Assembly (NCBI GenBank): GCA_000934665.2
Contig: KZ538808.1
Coordinates: 1-47,128, forward strand
Origin: Catajapyx aquilonaris
Taxonomy: Eukaryota
Direction: 5' to 3'
Length of the DNA stretch: 47,128 nt
Shown: piece by piece, positions 38,062-47,128 of the stretch
Numbering within the stretch: position 1 is the stretch's first letter
Layout of the letters: every line of letters starts with the position of its first letter
The notes under the pieces: model-generated
Seen by the model: the letters and a program-made list of their open reading frames with translations, nothing else
Database searches by the model: none
What the model was told of the DNA's origin: nothing
Program-made: the position numbers and the translations under genes

Positions 38062-40281
38062 TACAGGTGAGCGTGACACATGTCCCCTTTTCAAAGTTGT
38101 GAAATATACAGCTGTGCAAAGTTGCTCCGAGGCACTTGCAAAACATGTTTATGAACATTGCCGGGTATTTACGCTGGGATATAACCCTACACGCAGTTGA
38201 ACTTTTCGAGAGAGAGGAAATTACTTTATAGCCCATGCAACGCATGTCTGAGGTACTAGAGAGTGTATAGTATTATCTTACGTAATCCGATTCCGGCTCT
38301 ATAATATGCTCGAGTGGAACCAAAAGCAATCATCAGAAACCACTGTTTTGCATTGGCATTCCGCTACGAGGAAATAATCCGATGGTTCTGTCTTAGGATT
38401 TTCCTTTAGAAGGTCGAAGGTTGGCCGGAAGTGCCGCGTTTGGCAGGACGGCAACAATGACTATTTTCGAAAGGGAGTGTTTCCGGTATGGAAATGGTGG
38501 ATCCTATTCGGTGAAATCAAAAAGGAAATATAGTGGAGGGAAAAACTAATTTATATGCTTTTAGGGATCCCCACCTACCATTTCTATATTCGTATGATTC
38601 CTCTGCAGGAAAGCTCAACAGGTTGGATACGAATTTTGAGTCGGATATGGCTATAGGCTGGTTGGAGCTCACCTGGGAGTGTGTCATTACGTGGAATTAA
38701 TGAGGTCTTTTCACGACCGAATTGAATTAAATGTCTTTTTAAGCTTATGGTGCTGTATGGATATGGCGTGTTTTAGTTTTCCCACAGCAAAATCATCACA
38801 GTTAAATCCGGGATTATTAAACGAGTACATCGTAAGTCTATACGCCATATGGACGCAATTTGCTTACTGAATACCTGAATGTGTACGTATGCCAGGTTTT
38901 TCATAATTTTTACCTTTGAGCGAACGATTCAACCCTACAGTATTCATTTTCAAAGCATCCCCAATTTCATTATACACTATTGCGATTTTTTTCATATAAA
39001 AATAAAATTTCACCGAGCTTTCATATTGTTGTTCATGTACTGTACAGCGTGTGCACAGTATTTTTGAAAGTGAGATATGACCCCCCCCCCCCNTATTATT
39101 AGACGTAGAAATTGCAATTCATTCTACGCTACTTTCAGTTATTTTCCTCCTGTGGATGAGGGTCTCATTGAATGTAATCAGGATTAGTTACGTATACTCC
39201 TACTCTATTCCTGAAAATTGCCGAATAGAAAATAGCACATGTCAAAAAAAAACACCGTAACATTTGAACTCCCAAAAATATTGTGTACTGTACCGTAGAG
39301 TGCATACATATCATACACCGCACGCGCTTTTCGCCATGCAAACCAAGTGCACTGTAAAACTTGGAAAATCCATCCCGTCCTGCCTTTTTCTAACACTTAT
39401 GAATACTTCACTATGAACTTATGAATTCAATCTTTTTAACCATACTTTACATACTATTCAAGAGTGGCATATCATCTCTAAATGGAACCGGCTCTAAAAA
39501 AAATTGCTTGCACCAGACATACCTGAAAGCACATGCGGCTAATAAGACCACTTAAGTCCCGGTCCTGACAAAGACCGGGGATCCAGACGATTCGGTTTAT
39601 GAATCACAGACGATACGTGCTTTGAAGCCCGGAGCGGTAGCGTCTACTCCAGATCCGATGCCAAACTAGTGTGTGTATATGGGAAGGTAGGGGCTGCTGG
39701 CTCTGCTTGGCCCCGGGGCATTTTTCAAGCCTGCGCATGTCAACTGAGACTGCATGTGCTCCGTCCGCTGTTTCCTCCCTTGTCTTTCGGGCCCTTCTGT
39801 TCTCCCTGACCTTGTCTGTCTTGGCTCAGCATGGGAGTCTGACACAAGCTTGTGTATATCGCCCAATTTGATGCTTCTGCATAGTATAGGTCCCGTGGGC
39901 GCTGATGTATGGCCCGCGGGCTTAATGCCAAGGTCAGGAATGTGTCATGTTCTATTCAAATAATTATGCCTAATAATTATGAGGATGATGCATTATTTTT
40001 AAATGTGTGTAACATATTGATAGGAACACGATGGCTTATTATAATATCTGAATACGCAGTATTTTAACTGGGTGTACAGTAAAACAATGCGGTCACTGGT
40101 AGGGGTCAAGATCAAAATATCGAACGGAAGTGAAGCTGGCGGAAGTTATGGTAGAGGTGTTGTGTTTGCTGCTCAGTATACGTCTGGAGTCGCTGACGTG
40201 ATTTATTTCACGAGATATTATTTTTTTCGGAATGGAAATGTAGTGCCCACGGTGGTATAGTGCCCAGACAAGGCCACAGTA

Positions 40282-41105
40282 GTGGAGACCGGGGCACAGT
40301 GGATCACTTTTGCACATTTGAATTTTTATATACCTACCTGTTATACCTACACACCCAATATTATTTTTCAGGCATGGTGGAGATACTCCTTTGTAATATA
40401 AGTCACTACTATATTCACAGGCAGTGCCATCCTTTTGGCTTTAAAAAGAATTAGAAGCGACCCCCTGCAAATGGTCCACTGTACCCCGATAGGTGGGGCA
40501 CAGTGGTCCGGAAGTGATTGGGACCCCTAATTCACACAAGAAGTTTATTATCATTGCCTAACATTTTTTTACAGTTGTTCATTTTGAGGACTGTGTCAAA
40601 ATCACAGTTTTGCCCTTTTTTCTACCTAATTCACATTTTTAAAATAATTGTCTCACATTTTTTTACAGCTGTTCATTTCGGGACACCGTGTGCATTTCGG
40701 GGCACAGTGGTACATGGACCACTGTGCCCCGCAAACGACTGGACCACTGTGCCCCGGACAGCAGCAACTGACATAATGCTATGATTGTAACTTCGATTGC
40801 AAGTTAGGTTTACCAAACTTCCGATATTCATGGACAAAGGGCGGCACTATTCCACAAGATTTTTATATCAGGCTCATGCCCAACATCTACGCCTGAAGTG
40901 GCATTTAAACTGTGGGTTAGTAATTTACTTCACTTATCTTCAAATCGATTTCACTGGATATCTATCGATCGATCGATCGCTGGCCGTTGCCAGCCATGTT
41001 GGCAGGAGCATGGCAGTGACTTGTTTCACGAGGTACCAGATGAAAAAATTTTGGCGGCTTCTTCGATTTTTAAAATGGAAAGGTCCACTGTGCCCCAGTC
41101 TCCCC
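40282..41105. mobile_element. Non-autonomous TA-flanked DNA transposon with internal TIR-motif repeats
   Basis: Termini GTGGAGACCGGGGCACAGTGGA / TCCACTGTGCCCCAGTCTCCCC flanked by TA. GGGCACAGTGG is repeated in both orientations near 40473-40509 and 40699-40755. Confidence 0.8.
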
Positions 41106-41659
41106 TACATTGTTGTAAGGAGGTCGTGTTGATTTTTTTACTCAAGCTGAATAATGGACTTCACCGAAGTAGGCTACACTGGTTGTTTTATAAGGTAATG
41201 TGATTTATGAGTTTGTTTAATTTTATAAATAGTGTCAGTGATGATAATCACAACTAAGTACAGGAAAAGAATGCCCCAATTTGAAATCTCTATTATAACT
41301 CGAAACCTTGTAGATATTTAAGTTGCTGGTGAAATAGTCAGAAATGTCTAACGTTTTGGTCTTACCGTAGTTTGTTTCGATGTGTCGCTCGAAAAATGTA
41401 AATACGGTAATCGGTGTCTTGCCTAACCAGCTCAGGCATGTCTGGCGTTACCGTTGAAATTTTTCCAGTAGGTGATGGAGATGGCGAATCTTTTCACCAT
41501 TACCTCCACAAAAAAGTCAATTGGGGGTAATATCTGGGCTTCTGGGGGGGNNNNNNNNNNNNNNNNGGCTAGACATAGGGAAACTTCTCATTTAAGACTT
41601 GGCACACTGGGAGGAACAAATGAAACTTTCCTATACGGCAGGTTTGTTTCATAGATGAA

Positions 41660-41972
41660 GCGACTTTTTATGTGAATCATCAAGAACAATGTGTGTGGTG
41701 TAAATACCCATCATATGCAGGACCTACGGGATAAGGTTGCAACGGTAACTTCGGATATGATTGAGCGGGTTTGGCACGACACCGATTACCGCCTTTTGTA
41801 TCTGCCGAGCGACAAATGAAGTTCATACGGATCGAAACAAACTAAGGTGATACTAAGGAGACCAGAATATTTGATATGTCTTAGTATTTCAAAACTTAAA
41901 TCATTAATAAGTTATTATTATGTCTGCAAGTTTTCGAGTTATAGGGTTTTTTAAATGGGACATTCTTTTTCG
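41660..41972 (+). mobile_element. Decayed Tc1/mariner transposase C-terminal fragment and probable 3' end
   Basis: Frameshifted translation DF..IIKNNV...VATVTSDMIERVWHDTDYRL..ICRATNEVH resembles the DFFLWGYVK..VY...TPDMLERVW.E.DYRL..CR.TNG.H tail of mariner-type transposases (recalled, not searched). TIR-like end gggacattctttttcgtcatacagta. Confidence 0.6.
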
Positions 41973-42036
41973 TCATACAGTAAGTATATCTAAATGGATA
42001 GTAACTTATGCTGGAACTCAATCTATTATTTTTATA

Positions 42037-42598
42037 CAGGGTGTAAATGAATTCAACCGACAAACTTCTAGGGGTGATAGAGGGGACCAAGACAAACATT
42101 TTTGACATAGGAAACCGTGTCCGGAAACGCCATCTAGAGGGGGTTCATAGACGAGGAACGGGTGCGCTCAGACGCTTCACGCGAGAGGCGCAAGTCGAGC
42201 GGTCTGTTTTGTTGATAGATGGCGCTCGGATAGTAACCAACGATTCGATGTGCCACAACGTGGCAACAGCAGAGCCATCTAGCAACTAAAGTCCGCCTCC
42301 TAGGAGACTCGCGGATAGTCAACAGCGGTTCTGTTGTTGCCAGGTTTTGGCGTATCGTGTTGTTGTTTACTTACTACGACGCGATACGCCATAACCTGGC
42401 AACAACTGCGCGCCATCTATCAACAAAACAGTCCGCTTGACTTGCGCCTCTCTCGTGACGCGTCTGAGCGCACCCGTTCCTCTTCTATGAACCCCCTCTA
42501 GATGGCGTTTCCGGACACGGTTTCCTATGTCAAAAATGTTTGTCTTGGTCCCCTCTATCACCCCTAGAAGTTTGTCGGTTGAATTCATTTACACCCTG
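42037..42598. mobile_element. Tc1/mariner-type MITE with about 190 bp TIRs
   Basis: TA|CAGGGTGTAAATGAATTCAACCG... mirrored at ...TTCATTTACACCCTG|TA. Explains the twin ORFs 42047(+) and 42367(-). Confidence 0.92.
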
Positions 42599-45500
42599 TA
42601 TACATGTGAATATTTTGATGTACAGTACATGTAGGGTGTTCCAATAGAAATGTACTTAGTGGTTAGCGATTTTTGGCAGCAAGTTGCTTATTTTTCAGCA
42701 GTTACTTTGGAACACTTACTTTTTGGGGTTGGCGAAAATTCTACCTGCTAATAGCAGACGAGAAAGCTGTAGTGGCTACTGTGAAATGAATAATAAGCGA
42801 GAAATGCGAGAAGCTGTTAACGATTGGTCAAAAGCGAAATGCACCGTCACAAATCCACCAGTTGGGGGAGGGGGGGGGACGTATGTCGTATTTTCATCAT
42901 TAATAATACTCACTCGCTTAAAATATCATTGGTGCAAGCGCAGGAATATTTGTCTGCTAATGTTTGATAACCCCCAAAAGTAACTGCAGATTAAAATAAA
43001 CAGCTTTAGTATTACTCAGGGACGGAATTTCAATTATTGGAATATGTATGAAACACAAATGGTTTTTTCTTCTTCTTTGAGTGGAACCTTTTAGATCTCT
43101 CAGTGAAATCAGAGAAATTCCTTTTTTAGAAAAATTATCCAGTGCTCTTTCTGTTAAAGTAAAATCCAAAATATACTTCAGTTGATGATAAATTCCCGAC
43201 TGAAGACCGCCGATATCTTTCTATACGGCCGGTAATTGGTTGTAAAAGGAGGTTGGGAAGGCTCCACTGCTTCCATCTGCCAAAGTACAGAAACCTGTCA
43301 AGGTGTGCCCCTATAAGAAGTCAATCCTATACCATGGGCGTTGTCCTTCTCTGGAATATCTTTGAGAACAAGCTCAGATTTAGGTTAAAAATTAAATGTA
43401 AAGTATCTCGGCAAGAATATATCATTTAGCATGGTGGAACATGAAGTAAAGTGATGTTAATGGTACAGTACAATACCGTTGTTGACTGCAGCCCAATAAT
43501 TGCGTGATAAAAAAATAGTTAGACTATAACATTTTTCACGTTACAACAGCAATAACTGCATATGTGCATTTTTGAAAAATTCTAAGCAGCTAAAGAGTAA
43601 ATAAATAAATAAATAAATAACATAAATTGATCTTACTCAACAATACCGTACTGTGTGGTTATATAGGCAGTCAGTCAGGTCCAGTACTTGACTTTTAGTT
43701 TCTTACTCTAGTGTGCTACTCTAGTAGCCTATGTCAGAATCTGAGACAGCAATGCTGACCAGCATTAGCGTACCCTATGCATTACAAGATTTTCTGCATA
43801 GATATTGCAGACTGTAATAGCAACTTGATGAAAACAAACAAGTGAGTCAATCAATCCCAAAACATCCACTTGTGATGTCTGACTATGTACTGTACCTACA
43901 AGTACGGTACCTTATTTAATTATTTTCGTGATAAATAAATTACCGTACATAAGTAATGTTTGACATAACCTCGTTGATTCAATCTTTAAAAAACTGAAGT
44001 TGCGGATTATGGCAGGTCAGAACTACATAAATTACGTTTTAAACTCTAAACACTGTTTATTGAATTGTGGACTAAGCTATTAATATGATCTCAGTGTTTG
44101 ATGCCAAATATGCTCCCGTTTTGTGACAGTAGGCCCCTATAGTAGTTGTTATTGACCGAATATAACAACTGAGTTCTCCCCGGGTTCTCCAAGACCAATC
44201 CACTGTGCTCTCGTGCTGTCTTTATAGTCCAGGGCATTTGTCGATTTTTACCCAAAACCTGGACATTTAGAGTTACTAATTAAACGAAACTTGGGATATA
44301 TATGTTGAGTTGGCCACCCCTGAACAATATCTGAAAGTTCCCAAGTAATACAACCAAAATTCAAATGTTCACCCAACATGTTTCTAGAAAACCGAAATTT
44401 GGAACATATATGGTCGAATTTTGTCAATCTATAAGTGACATATTTTTAAAACCCGCTAGTGTCCATGAGCAAGGACGAGGTCAGAAATAAGGACTCTTCT
44501 ATTTTGATGCATCTGGTCCTATCATACCGTGACGAGAATGGTCAGTGCAGTAGCTACCTCGATGAAGAGTTTCCTCTTCTGCGCAGGGGCATATTTTATG
44601 CAGGGGCATACCGCGGAAATTGCATAGGCGGATAATGGGAGTGAGGCAGATATTTTTTTACCCCGGTTGGGAGGGGGCGGGGACGAAACAAAACATGGCG
44701 AACACAAGATAAATAACCCTTTCAATTAGTGCAAAATCGAAGGGAATAATTAAGGGAAATGAGTGACCCGCTTCCAGTGATGCATGAATGATTTTCTGAC
44801 GATTCGACATTTAGGGGATCGAAAATGATCGCTTTCACGAGTTATACTAATTACCTTGGGCGAGGGGGTTTTGAACAGTAAGGTAACAAACATGCCGCAG
44901 CCACATTTTATTTGGAGCTAAACAATGTACTGTACATATTAAAAAGAGTGGCTACTATGACGAGTTTTGTCGCAGGTTCTATAGGCAATGGAAGAAAGAG
45001 CCAAAGAGGTCTATGTTAGTATGTTTTTCTTGTACTTTTTTTGTGTTGTTGTATTGTGTATACTTCAGCTTCATAAATTTGTAAGCTTCAGAGAGTAATT
45101 CACAAAGAATAAGTACCCAAATTTAAATTTGAAAGATATTCTAAAGACTTATTATACAATATTATTTGTGGCATAGCATACAAGCGAAATGAAAAATGCA
45201 ACAGTTCAACCACGTTTGAATCTCTTTCGAGAAAATAACTGGCCAGGTCTATTATTACAGTATGTTTGCTTCTTATACTAATATGAAGATCCTGCTGCCA
45301 GCGTAGCGTAATCGTATGCCCAATATAAGCAAACGTCAATAAATTAAATATTAATAGTCATTTATCATTAAACCTACGTCAAATATGGAAACGCCCAGCG
45401 AAGCATTTTCTTCTCATCCACATCTGCACGGCACATTAGTACAGGCACGTCAAGTCGAGATAGGAAATCTCCGTAGATTGTCAATAAGCCTATTTACAAA

Positions 45501-45939
45501 ATAGTCCTAAATATTAAAAAGTGACAAAAGTGATAGTTTACAAAATTCATCAGAAGGAAATTTCGGCAGCAAAAGGGGGACTTGAAACTTGGAAGTGTGT
45601 GGTGGCTTGTCGTCACTCTCTAGGGTCATTAACATAGTGACTGTCGGCATTTTACACTCTCACTCCGGGACAGTTCACATAATTTACCTGTGAAGCGTGA
45701 CCAATTTATAATAAGCAGCTCGTCATATTTTTTGCATGAAAAAATAAGTTTCAGGTTGATGTTTTCATATTTTAATAAGCATGGTAGCCTACTTATGCTT
45801 TAAAATTCTAGATGACATGAACAATTGGTAAATTCTAACAGCACTGGGATCTTGTTGGGGGGGGGGGGGAGCCTGCGCACACCTTTATCTGATTAGTTGT
45901 ACGGTAGACTAGTGTTCTGGCACATACGAGTAAACCATT

Positions 45940-46449
45940 CTACATTGAGTTCATCTTTTTTTCGCAGATGGCTACTAGTTCAACGATGCCGTACTTCTCA
46001 GCAGCAATGAGGAGCTCGTTCCAAAAAGGTACGGTCCTTTTCCCATCATCAGGCACCTTACAGGTGTACAGGTATATCAGGAGATCCTGCAAGATATCCG
46101 CTCGAATATCTTGAAGGGTAGCCCGGCTGGTAATCCCTTCAATCATTTTTAAGCTAAACATTGCCGAGAATACGGGACTTTTGGCCCCCAAGATTGTCTT
46201 GTGTGTTAGGAATTCCTTCCCTTCTGCCACTAAAGTAACGTCGGCTTTGTTGCTGGAATCGAGGGGACCCTTCAAATTGATTGTTAGAGCGTCCACATCC
46301 GATTCAGTGTAAGTGGAAATTCCAGGATCCACCTCGCCGCACACTACGATGGTGAGAGTATCATAAGGCAGAAGATCTTTTCGGGAGAGGAGATCTTTCA
46401 TGGGTATGAAGGTGGGAAATCCGAATGGTGGGTCATCACTATCCATCAC
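45940..46449 (-). CDS. MATH-BTB (SPOP/roadkill/TDPOZ-like) protein, last exon: MATH C-terminus plus BTB domain
   Basis: FGFPTFIPMKDLL..LLPYDTLTI (MATH end); ADVTLVAEGKEFLTHKTILGAKSPVFSAMF...LLIYLYT...LLIAAEKYGIVELVAICE (BTB). Acceptor aattcctcccAG at 46450-46451. Confidence 0.9.
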   Translation of the reverse strand: MMDSDDPPFGFPTFIPMKDLLSRKDLLPYDTLTIVVCGEVDPGISTYTESDVDALTINLKGPLDSSNKADVTLVAEGKEFLTHKTILGAKSPVFSAMFSLKMIEGITSRATLQDIRADILQDLLIYLYTCKVPDDGKRTVPFWNELLIAAEKYGIVELVAICEKKMNSM

Positions 46450-46631
46450 CTGGGAGGAATTGAGATATACTTGTTACACTGATGGAAGTATAGTAATAAT
46501 AAATCCCATCATATTTGAATATCTTCACTAAAGGTACCGTACAGCTCTAAACCCCACCCCAACTCCAGCACCTGCTTTACAAATGAGTCTACATGAGCTT
46601 GGATTGTCCCATCCAGAATCAGTAGACCTAC

Positions 46632-46949
46632 CTTTATTTCAACTGTCCTCTTGAAATCATTCTTGATTATGCTTTTAAGGACAAAGTTGCAGTTGTATAT
46701 CAACTGGGTGTTGCTTTCGTCGTTTTTAATGAGGTGAAGGTAAATCCCTAGGTAACCATCATTACTGCCGCTAAGGTCCAACAGCAGACTCCAGATACCA
46801 TGCTGAGTAATAAATAATCCGGATTGTCGTGTAGTTGAATTTTGGAGCAGGGGAACTTGACTGAACTTTGTCACAATCCACTCGAAATAAAACGACTCCA
46901 TGTTTCTGTCAATTCTTAGCCCCTGCTGTACAATACAGCTCTTCAAATA
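46632..46949 (-). CDS. MATH-BTB protein, upstream exon encoding most of the MATH domain (ATG at 46901, or continues from exons beyond the window)
   Basis: FYFEWIVTKFS...WSLLL...GYLGIYLHL is typical of MATH strands. Donor AAG|GTAGGT at 46631 joins in phase 0 to VMDSDDPPFGF across a 182 bp intron. An acceptor cttttcAG at 46950-46951 leaves the frame open upstream of the ATG. Confidence 0.8.
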
Positions 46950-47128
46950 CTGAAAAGTACATCGAATTTTTTATTGTGCTAATTACGTTTAGATTTGAAT
47001 AAGTTTTCCCATTATACAGTATAAAGCCCATTGTGATGAATATCAACATGGGGTATGGTTTTTCGTCCTCCTGCTACGACCATATTAGCAGCCTGCTTCT
47101 CCTTGTCATGATTCTCCCGTAAACTTTC

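Noticed and set aside
42047..42588. Twin ORFs MNSTDKLLGVIEGTK... on opposite strands
   Set aside because: They are mirror images of the MITE's long TIRs, not genes.
46450..46631. Apparent frameshift or stop splitting the MATH-BTB gene
   Set aside because: Explained by a canonical phase-0 GT-AG intron that restores a contiguous MATH domain.
1..47128. Prokaryotic-type systems (CRISPR arrays, operons, defence loci)
   Set aside because: The sequence is intron-containing animal DNA with no regularly spaced repeat-spacer array or dense ORFs.

Overview
Eukaryotic, AT-rich, repeat-dense invertebrate (probably arthropod) genomic DNA with three longer N-gaps. Most track ORFs are spurious. Two spliced genes lie on the minus strand. 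(1) A calmodulin-like four-EF-hand gene recognisable as an E63-1/Eip63F-1 homologue, reconstructed by hand as six coding exons: 32341-32400, 24816-24858, 17055-17198, 15605-15750, 14210-14321 and 12751-12773 (528 nt, about 175 aa). It includes a 7.6 kb GC-AG intron. (2) A MATH-BTB (SPOP/roadkill-family) gene at 45940-46949 with one 182 bp intron, ending before the BACK region. The most unusual feature is a near-identical copy of the EF-hand-1 exon (4371-4514, inside a 936 bp duplicated block) about 8.2 kb downstream of the E63-1 stop codon. It keeps both splice sites and is in phase with the penultimate exon, so it could give a five-EF-hand isoform and would mimic a circRNA back-splice junction. 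The rest contains tRNA-derived SINEs (one V-domain-like, with its empty site visible in the duplicate), an isolated tRNA-like cloverleaf with an aberrant anticodon loop, MITEs of several superfamilies (Tc1/mariner-pogo, hAT, PIF/Harbinger), long palindromes, a decayed mariner transposase fragment and (AAT)n microsatellites.
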